This document shows, piece by piece, positions 36,278 to 44,633 of a DNA stretch of 46,985 bases. The notes beneath the pieces are model-generated. The model was given only the letters and a program-made list of their open reading frames with translations, was not told where the DNA came from and did not search any database. The position numbers were made by a program, and so were the translations under genes. Origin of the DNA: a virus (lineage: Duplodnaviria; Caudoviricetes). The DNA is taken from positions 1 through 46,985 of the IMG/VR virus record IMGVR_UViG_3300016669_000013; one strand, written 5' to 3'. The first letter of the stretch is position 1. Each line of letters starts with the position of its first letter.

Positions 36278-36477
36278 TAGCTCCGCACCCCTGGCTTGAA
36301 ACCGACGGCGCGTTCAATGGTGGACCACCTGCCACCGCACCGGACACACTCTCGCCTGCGGCGGATAGATCCGGGAGCTTCTCGACTGTCCGTCACTTTG
36401 CTGGAGTTTGTGCCGCATTCTGGGCACAGAATCCCCGAGGCAGGTGCAACGGATGTCTTGCGAAGCCGACGCATCAA
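36277..36477 (-). CDS. Stand-alone NrdR-like Zn-ribbon protein
   Basis: CPECGTNSSKVTDSRE...IRRRRECVRCGGRWSTIE matches the NrdR N-terminal domain; no ATP-cone. Confidence 0.75.
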   Translation of the reverse strand: MMRRLRKTSVAPASGILCPECGTNSSKVTDSREAPGSIRRRRECVRCGGRWSTIERAVGFKPGVRS

Positions 36478-36965
36478 TCGGACCCTACAACGCGCAGGCC
36501 GGCCTTCCCTCCGCCTGCGGCTTTCACCACCGCAAGCGCGCTGCGCAGCTGGCGGGCAGCTTCCTCCATTTGCGCAGCAGCGCGGTCGGCAGACGTAGCC
36601 TCTGCCGGTGTCATGTGGCCGTCAGCGAACGCCAAAGCCATTTTGCCGGCAAGCTCTGCGGTTTCGCGCATCAGATCGGCATGACTTTGCATGACACAGG
36701 CAGCGACAGCATGCTCCTGGTCTGGGTCGGTGAGTCTACGACCTGTTACCTCTGCCATGACCATCGTCACGTGAGGAATTCCACAGTCCGCCTCCAGCAA
36801 TCGCACGGCGTCGATCGTCATCAGGTCAGGATATTTAGCATCCCCCCATCTTTGAATGTTCGACTTCGAATAGCCGAACTTCTCTTCGATGCGCCGCATG
36901 GTACCGCAATCCTCGATCAGATCACGTTGGGCAGCCTTAATCCGGGGTAGGAATGGATCGGTCAT
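36474..36965 (-). CDS. CII-like phage regulatory protein
   Basis: IKAAQRDLIEDCG...SNIQRWG...LEADCG...ADGHMTPAEA; GGAGA RBS. Confidence 0.7.
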   Translation of the reverse strand: MTDPFLPRIKAAQRDLIEDCGTMRRIEEKFGYSKSNIQRWGDAKYPDLMTIDAVRLLEADCGIPHVTMVMAEVTGRRLTDPDQEHAVAACVMQSHADLMRETAELAGKMALAFADGHMTPAEATSADRAAAQMEEAARQLRSALAVVKAAGGGKAGLRVVGSD

Positions 36966-36995
36966 CGTAGCATCTCCAAGAGCACAAAAAGTCAC

Positions 36996-37038
36996 GTCCC
37001 GGCGCGGGACAAACGGTCCTAATGTCCCGTGGTGGGAC
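36996..37038. promoter_or_regulatory. Two GTCCC-N5-GGGAC palindromes upstream of the cII-like gene
   Basis: GTCCCGGCGCGGGAC at 36996-37010; GTCCCGTGGTGGGAC at 37024-37038. Confidence 0.55.
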
Positions 37039-37166
37039 GGCAGAAAATGAAGGATTGTCAGATGGTCAGGTCATCGCGGCGGACCACAAGCAAAAGCAAA
37101 GGGTCGACGCGACGGATTGAAACAAAGCAGCCGGTAAACAGCCTCGAAACAACAGGATGAAACCCA

Positions 37167-37433
37167 ATGAGTGACGCTGTCACAAACTCCATGATTGCGA
37201 ACTTCGCAGTGCTCGAGCAGCTCGTCATCAACCTCGCGCACTTGATGAGCAGAGACTTCGATGACGAACGTGGCATGAGGTCCGGGCTTGTCGACGACGT
37301 GCGCTTCCGGATGGAGAAGATGCAACGCACCCCCAACAGGGACGCACAGAGACTGGCCTTCCTCGCGCTGGAGCATCTCGACCGACTTGAGCCCAGAATT
37401 CTGGGAGAGAATGGCGACGAGCTTCTGCAATGA
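37167..37433 (+). CDS. Hypothetical 88-aa protein antisense to the cro operon (moron-like)
   Basis: Protein-like amphipathic helical sequence; convergent with cro. Confidence 0.55.
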   Translation: MSDAVTNSMIANFAVLEQLVINLAHLMSRDFDDERGMRSGLVDDVRFRMEKMQRTPNRDAQRLAFLALEHLDRLEPRILGENGDELLQ

Positions 37434-37438
37434 AGGCT

Positions 37439-37666
37439 TCATTCTGCCGCCTCCGCGATATGCTGGCTCTTTATCCAGTCCACCACACGCTGATAGGTCT
37501 TGATGTTGAAACCATAGCCGCCGCGAACCCGGGCCAGGAACTTGCTGTCTCCCACGGACGCGACGCCTATCGCGGACAGGCTCATCCCTGACCGAGAAGA
37601 AAAGTCTTGCGCAATATCGAGCAGACTTGCTCTGACATCGCGCTCCGTGATCATCAACTTATCCAT
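37439..37666 (-). CDS. Cro-like HTH regulator
   Basis: GMSLSAIGVASVGDSKFLARVRGG...TYQRVVDWI; divergent from CI; start 37666 or 37654. Confidence 0.8.
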   Translation of the reverse strand: MDKLMITERDVRASLLDIAQDFSSRSGMSLSAIGVASVGDSKFLARVRGGYGFNIKTYQRVVDWIKSQHIAEAAE

Positions 37667-37680
37667 GCTCGTAGATATTC

Positions 37681-37714
37681 GGGATTTTTCCCGGTCAGTC
37701 AAGGGACATTTCCC
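37681..37714. promoter_or_regulatory. OR-like operators between cro and cI
   Basis: GGGATTTTTCCC at 37681-37692 and GGGACATTTCCC at 37703-37714 flank a minus-strand TTGACT (37697-37702). Confidence 0.8.
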
Positions 37715-37751
37715 GATGGACGATATATTTCCCGAAATGTCAAAATTAGGA

Positions 37752-38420
37752 ATGGAAACATCCCTACAAAAACGTCTAAAAATCCGAATGGACATGCTTG
37801 GACTGAACGCGCTTCAGACCGCCAAGAAGGCCGGTCTGGGAGACAGTTTCGTTCGAGACATCTTGAGGGGCAAAACCCGTAGCCCGAATGCCGAAAACCT
37901 TTCAAAGCTTGCGGCCGCCTTGGAAACGACACCAGACTGGTTCCTGGGGCAAAGCGATGACGGCGCTTTGAAGAGGGTCAAATCGGTCGGAGGACTAGAC
38001 GTGGTCGGCAGAATTCAGGCCGGAAACTGGGTAGATCGCAGCATTATCGACGAAGATGCAGAGTGCGAGATCATCCCTGTAGCTCGCGATCCACGCTTCC
38101 CGCACGCGCGGCAATATGCCTTGGCTGTGGTTGGGGACTCGATGGATAAAGAGTTTGCAGAAGGTAGTTACGTCACCTGTGTCGACATGATCGACAGCGG
38201 GCTATCTCTGAAGGACGGGATGTTTGTGCATGTCGAGAGGCACAACGGATCTCTCGTCGAGGTCACGCTCAAAACTGTCGAAAAGATCGACGGAATTCAG
38301 ATGCTGGTCCCAAAGAGCAGCAATCCTCGCCATCAACCTATAAAACCTGATGGCGATGGAGGGACCGAGATCCTTGTTAGGGGAGTGGTGACAGGGACGT
38401 ACCGCAGAACCTTGTTCTGA
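37752..38420 (+). CDS. CI-like repressor (XRE HTH + S24 autocleavage domain)
   Basis: AKKAGLGDSFVRDILRGK HTH; IQAG cleavage site; VVGDSM catalytic Ser; TLK catalytic Lys. Confidence 0.92.
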   Translation: METSLQKRLKIRMDMLGLNALQTAKKAGLGDSFVRDILRGKTRSPNAENLSKLAAALETTPDWFLGQSDDGALKRVKSVGGLDVVGRIQAGNWVDRSIIDEDAECEIIPVARDPRFPHARQYALAVVGDSMDKEFAEGSYVTCVDMIDSGLSLKDGMFVHVERHNGSLVEVTLKTVEKIDGIQMLVPKSSNPRHQPIKPDGDGGTEILVRGVVTGTYRRTLF

Positions 38421-38444
38421 TTCGTGAGCACACCGCCTGAATTA

Positions 38445-38494
38445 GGGAAATTTCCCAAATCGCTATTGACCTAGGGAATTTTCCCGAATAACGT
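38445..38494 (+). promoter_or_regulatory. OL-like operators and early promoter
   Basis: GGGAAATTTCCC at 38445-38456 and GGGAATTTTCCC at 38474-38485 flank TTGACC (38466-38471); TAACGT follows 17 bp later. Confidence 0.8.
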
Positions 38495-38522
38495 CCGCTA
38501 CGTCCCGATAGGAGATGTAGCC

Positions 38523-38753
38523 TTGATCCGAATCCAGAAAAATAAGCCCAAACCGAAAACCCCTACCTCATGCTCTCGGTCTCTGACTGAGCGCATGGCC
38601 GATGACATGCGCGAGCTTGCCTTCGCCGGTCAGAATGTCTCAGTAGAAACGCTGGCCACGCGTGGATATCCCGCGGATGTTGTCAGGCGCTTCGGGACGA
38701 AGGCGACAGAGTTGGCTCGCCGCCAGTCGACGCGCCAGATCGCGGAGGCCTGA
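38523..38753 (+). CDS. Early phage hypothetical protein
   Basis: AGGAGA RBS, TTG start; first gene after the PL-like promoter. Confidence 0.65.
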   Translation: MIRIQKNKPKPKTPTSCSRSLTERMADDMRELAFAGQNVSVETLATRGYPADVVRRFGTKATELARRQSTRQIAEA

Positions 38754-38756
38754 AAC

Positions 38757-38942
38757 ATGGCCTCCATTACGTCCACCGCCTCCCAAAGACACGTCGCACA
38801 CCGGACGGCTGAACGCCGCGTCGACCCGAGGTTGACCGCGATCATCGTCGAGCAGGTCGCGACTTACAATCGCTCTCTGGCCTACGGCATGTCCGCAGTC
38901 GTCGTCTTCTGCATCGGCTTCTATGCCGCGACGATGGTGTAG
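38757..38942 (+). CDS. Small protein with a C-terminal TM helix
   Basis: GGAGG RBS; AYGMSAVVVFCIGFYAATMV. Confidence 0.6.
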   Translation: MASITSTASQRHVAHRTAERRVDPRLTAIIVEQVATYNRSLAYGMSAVVVFCIGFYAATMV

Positions 38943-38947
38943 GCGAT

Positions 38948-39616
38948 ATGAGCCAGATTGCTACAATCTCCCAACTGTCCGCGAAACCCGTCTGGTCGTT
39001 CAACAGCGACGGCAGTGTTTTCGATCTTGCCGCACCAACGCCGTTAGTCATCTGCTTCGTCGATATGGGCCGGACGATGTCCGGCATTCGCCGGTTCAAT
39101 GGTCGCGGCATGTCTGACGCTCAGCACTGCGCAATGGGTGCGCAGGCCATCCTGAATGAAGGCGGCACCTTTATGGAGGCTGCTCTGTATCTCCTGCATG
39201 ACGGTCACGAATATCTCTTCGGAGATATCATTCGGCCACTGGAGGATCTCCTTTCTCGCGTTCTGCCAGGCTTACCCGTTCGGGAAGCAATCCGTTTGAT
39301 CAAGGAACGGTGGGACGACGCGATCTACACGGCCGCATCCCTACCGCCGCCTTCGCTTTGGACGCAGCGCCAAAGGAAAATCGTCAAAGCAATGGACGAT
39401 CGAATGTGCCGGTTCGAAGCCATTTCGCTTTTCGGACAGGCAGCGGGCAATCAATTCCCTTTGTCCGAGAAGCCCAAAACTACAGGCTCTTTGAAGATCT
39501 GGGGCTGCGGGGCGGCCGAGGAAAAATTCGCCGAGATGGCGCATCGGCTGATTGGCGCCGACATCATCGCCCGGCAAGCAGCTGTGGCAATTTCCACGAG
39601 GAAGTCACTGTCATGA
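38948..39616 (+). CDS. HD-domain phosphohydrolase (YfdR/YfbR-like 5'-deoxynucleotidase family)
   Basis: SDAQHC, LLHDGHEYLFGDI, VKAMD. Confidence 0.8.
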   Translation: MSQIATISQLSAKPVWSFNSDGSVFDLAAPTPLVICFVDMGRTMSGIRRFNGRGMSDAQHCAMGAQAILNEGGTFMEAALYLLHDGHEYLFGDIIRPLEDLLSRVLPGLPVREAIRLIKERWDDAIYTAASLPPPSLWTQRQRKIVKAMDDRMCRFEAISLFGQAAGNQFPLSEKPKTTGSLKIWGCGAAEEKFAEMAHRLIGADIIARQAAVAISTRKSLS

Positions 39617-39879
39617 ATACCGAACTGCTCAAGAAGCTCGATGCGTTGCGCCTCAATTTCGAAGCGCTCGACGTCAAACTGCCGCTGTTGCTCGCCGAGA
39701 ACGATGTGGGCTGCGTCATCGACGCTGAAGGCAAAGACGTCCTCGTCATCGACGTCAACAACGAGCGAGACGACGACCAGGTGAAAGCTATCGCCAGCCT
39801 GGTTGTCAACCTCGTCAACTGTAACGCCGGTTTTTTGCCAGGTGCGACATACACCGCTGACGAAAGGCAGGTGGCGTGA
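39613..39879 (+). CDS. Phage hypothetical protein
   Basis: ATGA-coupled; MNTELLKK... Confidence 0.65.
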   Translation: MNTELLKKLDALRLNFEALDVKLPLLLAENDVGCVIDAEGKDVLVIDVNNERDDDQVKAIASLVVNLVNCNAGFLPGATYTADERQVA

Positions 39880-40241
39880 TGGGAAAGCCCGTGAAGATCA
39901 GCGTCACCCCTATCAAGAGCTTCCCTCTTTCCGGTCGCAAGCTGTGCATGACTGATGAGCCAGGGACGCTGACGGGCGGCATCCGTAAGGACGGCGGTCC
40001 CCTGCAGCGCACGTTCTCGCATGGCGCAGTCGCGCTCATGGATCCGAACGGCGACGCGGCGGTTGACCCTGTCAACTTCGCAGCCGTCATGGAATTCAGC
40101 GAGCGCATCATCGAAGGCGACCAGAGGGCAGCGACGCAGCCTGGCGCAGTCTTGATGCTGGCGACGGCCTATCTCGCCCTCATCATGACGTGGCCAGTTC
40201 CAGCACCGCTGGCCGCCGAACTGATCGAGGACGACGCCTGA
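39876..40241 (+). CDS. Phage hypothetical protein
   Basis: GTGA-coupled ORF. Confidence 0.6.
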   Translation: MMGKPVKISVTPIKSFPLSGRKLCMTDEPGTLTGGIRKDGGPLQRTFSHGAVALMDPNGDAAVDPVNFAAVMEFSERIIEGDQRAATQPGAVLMLATAYLALIMTWPVPAPLAAELIEDDA

Positions 40242-40741
40242 TGGCCGGGTCCGTTAACAAAGTCATCCTTCTCGGTAACTGCGGCGCCGATCCTGAGATC
40301 CGCCGCACCCAGGACGGGCGCCCGATCGCAAGCATTCGTCTCGCCACTTCTGAAAACTGGCGCGACCGCGAGAGCGGCGAGCGCCGGGAGAAGACCGAGT
40401 GGCATTCGATCGTCGTTTTCAACGAGGGTCTTTGCAAGGTCATTGAGCAGTACGTGAAGAAGGGCTCGAAGATCTATGTCGAGGGTCAGTTGAAGACCCG
40501 CAAATGGCAGGATCAGTCTGGCAACGATCGGTACTCGACCGAGATCGTCCTGCAGGGCTTCAACTGCACACTGCAGCTGCTCGATAAGCCGCAAGGGTCC
40601 GGCTACCAGCCGGGTGGCAATGGCGGCGAAGACTTTGGTGGCGACCCAGATCGCGCCGCCGGCAACTCATCACGAACACAGCAATCGTCGACGTCGGACG
40701 GAAACCTTTCGCGCGATCTTGATGACGACATTCCCTTTTAA
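40241..40741 (+). CDS. ssb: Single-stranded DNA-binding protein
   Basis: [13 protein letters not shown]...LATSENWRD...EKTEWH...[16 protein letters not shown]...DDDIPF. Confidence 0.97.
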   Translation: MAGSVNKVILLGNCGADPEIRRTQDGRPIASIRLATSENWRDRESGERREKTEWHSIVVFNEGLCKVIEQYVKKGSKIYVEGQLKTRKWQDQSGNDRYSTEIVLQGFNCTLQLLDKPQGSGYQPGGNGGEDFGGDPDRAAGNSSRTQQSSTSDGNLSRDLDDDIPF

Positions 40742-40753
40742 CGGAGAGAGACC

Positions 40754-41113
40754 ATGAAACTAATTCGCGACGTGCAGTCCCTCATGGGCATGCTCGAAGG
40801 CGGTGAGCTAAATGACGAGGCGTCAGGCCAGCTCGCCGAAGTTCTGCAGAAGCTCTACGAGCTTTCGAACGATCGTCCCAAGACGAGCTTCAAGGGCGAG
40901 ATTAACATCAAGATCAAGCTGGCCGTGAAAGACGGCATGGTCGAGATTGACGCCGAGCTCGCACCGCCGAAGCTGCCGAAACTTCCCCGCAAGACATCCG
41001 TCTACTGGGTTGTCGATGGCGGCCGTCTCTCGACCGAGCACCCTCAGCAAAACGACATGTTTGGCGGCCCACGCGAGGTCGATCGCAGTCGCCCAACCAC
41101 GCTCACCTCCTAA
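40754..41113 (+). CDS. Phage protein typically paired with DUF2303
   Basis: KGEINIKIKL...PKLPRKTSVYW...LSTEHPQQNDMF. Confidence 0.7.
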   Translation: MKLIRDVQSLMGMLEGGELNDEASGQLAEVLQKLYELSNDRPKTSFKGEINIKIKLAVKDGMVEIDAELAPPKLPKLPRKTSVYWVVDGGRLSTEHPQQNDMFGGPREVDRSRPTTLTS

Positions 41114-41141
41114 ACCACTCCTACTCTGAAGGACCAACCTC

Positions 41142-42056
41142 ATGGACCAGCTATCTGAAACTGCCGTGAACGCCGTCGCTGATCTGGCAAAGGCCGGCGC
41201 AGCTACCGTTCTGCAAATCGACAATCTCAATTTTCCAGGTGTGCCCGCGGAGATCCCTGTCCTGCTCGACCCGAAGAGCGGAACTGTTAAGAGCGTCAAA
41301 AGCCTAATCGACGAGTATCGCAAGACGCCTGACCGCAAGAGCGGAACGGCTGTCGTCAACACACTCGACAGCTTCATTGACCTGGTCGATCGTCACAAGA
41401 CCGAGCACAGCGCGATCTTCGCTGATATAGATTGGCGCAAGCCATCTCTGACGGCCATCATCGACTACCACGACAAAGCGAACGGCGGCGTGGCCGATAA
41501 CGGCAAGCACCGTGTCCACTACCCGTTCCCGCTTTCAGAGGAATGGCAGACGTGGGTAAAGTTCAACGGCGAACCGATGAGCCAGTCGGAGTTTGCGGAA
41601 TTCATCGAAGACCGTATTGCCGAACTCGCCGCACCGCACGAAGAAGAAGCAGCACACTGGCAGGACAAGCTCGGCGGACGCGTGGCGTTCCCGAACGAAA
41701 TTATCACCCTCTCGCGCGGCCTGAAGATCAACGCCGAGACCCGCGTCATCAATCAAGTAACGCTGGCCTCCGGAGAGGCGCAGATTACGTTTGAGGAAGA
41801 GCACAAGGACCAGAACGGTCAGAAGCTCAATGTCCCGAGCCTCTTCATCATCAAGCTGCCGCCGTTCTTCCGTGGGGAAGCTGTCCGGGTGCCTGTCCGG
41901 CTCCGCTACCGTCTGAAGGCCGGATCTCTTGTCTGGTTCTACCAGCTCTATCGTCCCGACCAGTACATCACCGAGGAAGTCGAACTGTCGCTCACCCGAG
42001 CCGCGGCTGCAACCGAGGTGCCTTCCTTCCAAGGCAAGCCGGAAATGGCGCCCTAA
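41142..42056 (+). CDS. DUF2303 (YfdQ-like) protein
   Basis: LDSFIDLVDRH, TAIIDYH, SEEWQTW, MSQSEFAEFIED, RLRYR. Confidence 0.85.
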   Translation: MDQLSETAVNAVADLAKAGAATVLQIDNLNFPGVPAEIPVLLDPKSGTVKSVKSLIDEYRKTPDRKSGTAVVNTLDSFIDLVDRHKTEHSAIFADIDWRKPSLTAIIDYHDKANGGVADNGKHRVHYPFPLSEEWQTWVKFNGEPMSQSEFAEFIEDRIAELAAPHEEEAAHWQDKLGGRVAFPNEIITLSRGLKINAETRVINQVTLASGEAQITFEEEHKDQNGQKLNVPSLFIIKLPPFFRGEAVRVPVRLRYRLKAGSLVWFYQLYRPDQYITEEVELSLTRAAAATEVPSFQGKPEMAP

Positions 42057-42144
42057 TCAGCGCCAAGGCGGCGCGTCCTGCGCCGCCTCCGAATCCGTCG
42101 CAGGGCCCGACGAGAACGGCCCACCCAATCTGGAGAACACCGCT

Positions 42145-42510
42145 ATGACGAATGACATTCAATGCCGCCAGCAGGCTGAAGCCGTTATCGCGGCCCTAAC
42201 ACTCCAACCGCCCCGGGCGCTACCCCTCAACCCTGACGAGGTTCGCGCCGCTATCGAAAGCGGGATGCGGGTCTATGAGGCAGCCAATCGGTTTGGTATC
42301 GCCGAGTGTCACCTTTCGACATTCATGCGCCGCCATGACATTCCAGTCCTGGCCAACGGTAAGATCCCGCCGCCTGATCTATCGAGCCCCGACAGGATTG
42401 TAGTCTGGAAGGAAACTTCGGACTCGATTTCCGGCGTCGCCAGGCTGAAACGCTTCGCGCTACCTCGCATCAGCATGCACGTAGTCGCGCTGCGCGAGGC
42501 CAAGCCATGA
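42145..42510 (+). CDS. Hypothetical HTH-containing protein
   Basis: GGAGA RBS; VYEAANRFGIAECHLSTFMRRH. Confidence 0.55.
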   Translation: MTNDIQCRQQAEAVIAALTLQPPRALPLNPDEVRAAIESGMRVYEAANRFGIAECHLSTFMRRHDIPVLANGKIPPPDLSSPDRIVVWKETSDSISGVARLKRFALPRISMHVVALREAKP

Positions 42511-44633
42511 GCCCGGGTAACTTCGCCCCGTTGATCGTCGACAGCTTCGCAGGTGGCGGCGGCGCTTCGACCGGTATTGAGATGGCGCTTGGCCGTTCGC
42601 CGGACATCGCCATCAACCACAACGCCGATGCGCTGGCGCTTCATGCGGCGAACCACCCCGACACGATCCACCTTTCCGAGAACATCTTCAAGGTCGACCC
42701 GCTCGACCACGTTGCAGGGAAGCACGTCGGCCTGGCTTGGTTCTCGCCAGATTGCAAACACTTCAGCAAGGCCAAGGGCGGCAAACCTGTCGAGCGCAAT
42801 ATCCGCGACCTCGCGTGGGTGATTGTTCTTTGGGCGCAACGCGCCAAGCCCGACGTCATCATCATGGAGAACGTTGAGGAGTGGAAAGAGTGGGGTCCGC
42901 TCATCGAGACCGAGCGCGGCCTGATGCCTTGCCCTGATAGCCGCGGCCAGACCTTCCAGAAGTGGTGCAAGGCCATGAAGGCCGCAGGCTACAAGCTGCA
43001 GCATCGCGAGTTGCGCGCCTGCGACTATGGTGCACCGACGATCCGCAAGCGCCTGTTCGTCGTTGCCCGCCGAGACGGCCAGCAAATCGTATGGCCGGAG
43101 CCGACGCACGGCGCGCCGACCGATCGCGATGTCATTGCCGGCAAGAAACTGCCATGGCGCACGGCTGCCGAGATCATCGATTGGTCGCTGCCTTGCCCGT
43201 CGATCTTCGACACGGCGAGCGACATCGTGGGTAAATACGGTCTGCGTGCGATCCGACCGCTGGCAGATGCAACGATGGCGCGCGTTGCAAGAGGCACCAA
43301 GCGCTACGTCCTAGACGCGGCACGGCCTTTCATCGTCAACCTTACCCATGGTGTCCGCACCGAAGATCTTGACCGACCGTTCAACACCATCACCGGCGCA
43401 CACCGGGGCGAGAAGGCTGTCATTTCACCCTCGGTCACCCGTTTCAATACCGGTGCGACCGGGAGTGGAATGGAAGAGCCCGCGCCTACGATCACTGCGA
43501 ACAGCTATATCAAAAAGCCCGGTGGCGCGGCGCCGCTTGGCATGATCGCTCCAAGCCTCTCCGCTTTCTATGGACCAGGTGCTGGCGGGCAGGATCGTTC
43601 TGCAAGCGCCGAAGAGCCGGTCCGCGTCGTCACCACAGAGAACCGCCATGCTGTCGTAGCGCCGCATCTGATGACGATGCGCAACTCCGGCAAGCCGTTC
43701 AACGGGGCAGACGAGCCGACGCATACGATCACGGCCGGAGGCGCTGGATTGTCACTCGTCGCGCCGGTCCTGACCTACGCGCAGCAGGGCGGAGCAAACC
43801 GCTCTGTCGAAGATCCGCACCACACGATCACGGCGAGTAAGAAGGATCAGAACTCGGTCATCCTGCCCAGCCTCATGAGCATGAAAGGGAGCGACCGGCG
43901 AGACAGTTCCGTCGAAGAGCCGCACCCGACTGTTCTCGCAGGCGGCGGGCACTCGGCTGTCGTCTCTGCGTTCGTCGCACAGCACAACAACGACGGCCAT
44001 ACAGGACTTGGAAATCCCGGCCGCAGCGCAACGCAGCCCATGTCGACGGTCACCGCAACCGGAGCGCAGCAGGGCGTCGTTTCAGCATTCGTCTCCCGCC
44101 AGTTCGGCGCGAGCATCGGACACGGCGCAGACGAACCGTCGGCGACGGTGACCGCCGGGGTCAATAAGTCCGCGCTCGTCGCTCCGCATCTTCATGCCTA
44201 CTACGGCTCCGATCAGGACACGCCCGAGAACGAGCCGTTCCACACCATCACCACCAAGCCCAGATTCAGCCATGTCGAGGCTTCTCTCAGCGCGCCGCCT
44301 TTTACGGAGGACCAGCACGAGCGGGCCCGCGAAGTGGCTGCTTTCCTGCGCTCCTATGGCTTCTGGGACGATCGCGAGTTCGTCACACTGATCATTGGCG
44401 ATGCGGAGTTCGTCATCGTCGACATCGGTATGCGGATGCTTATGCCTCGCGAGCTGTACTCCGCTCAGGGCTTCCCTTCCGACTACAAGATCGATGCGGA
44501 TGCCAACGGCAAGACGTTCGCCAAGAACGTTCAGGTCTCCTGCGTCGGCAACTCCGTATCACCTCCAGTAGCTGCAGCGATTGTCGCAGCCAACTGCCAG
44601 CACCTCATGCAATTCAGAGAGGCCGCAGAATGA
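42507..44633 (+). CDS. Orphan C5 cytosine DNA methyltransferase with a repeat-expanded variable region
   Basis: DSFAGGGGAS (motif I), SPDCKHFS (IV), MENVEE (VI), PTIRKRLF (VIII), RELYSAQGFP (IX), GNSVSP (X). Confidence 0.93.
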   Translation: MSPGNFAPLIVDSFAGGGGASTGIEMALGRSPDIAINHNADALALHAANHPDTIHLSENIFKVDPLDHVAGKHVGLAWFSPDCKHFSKAKGGKPVERNIRDLAWVIVLWAQRAKPDVIIMENVEEWKEWGPLIETERGLMPCPDSRGQTFQKWCKAMKAAGYKLQHRELRACDYGAPTIRKRLFVVARRDGQQIVWPEPTHGAPTDRDVIAGKKLPWRTAAEIIDWSLPCPSIFDTASDIVGKYGLRAIRPLADATMARVARGTKRYVLDAARPFIVNLTHGVRTEDLDRPFNTITGAHRGEKAVISPSVTRFNTGATGSGMEEPAPTITANSYIKKPGGAAPLGMIAPSLSAFYGPGAGGQDRSASAEEPVRVVTTENRHAVVAPHLMTMRNSGKPFNGADEPTHTITAGGAGLSLVAPVLTYAQQGGANRSVEDPHHTITASKKDQNSVILPSLMSMKGSDRRDSSVEEPHPTVLAGGGHSAVVSAFVAQHNNDGHTGLGNPGRSATQPMSTVTATGAQQGVVSAFVSRQFGASIGHGADEPSATVTAGVNKSALVAPHLHAYYGSDQDTPENEPFHTITTKPRFSHVEASLSAPPFTEDQHERAREVAAFLRSYGFWDDREFVTLIIGDAEFVIVDIGMRMLMPRELYSAQGFPSDYKIDADANGKTFAKNVQVSCVGNSVSPPVAAAIVAANCQHLMQFREAAE

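Noticed and set aside
12600-36300. Many long + strand ORFs (e.g. 15723-16577, 19958-20881, 23244-24104, 24755-25504, 29966-30820, 31056-31841)
   Set aside because: They are antisense shadows of well-supported minus-strand phage genes in GC-rich DNA and show no recognisable motifs.
37542-37795. Long N-terminal extensions of CI (from 37542) and Cro (from 37795) in the ORF track
   Set aside because: They would overlap each other and the operators; downstream starts at 37752 and 37666/37654 fit better.
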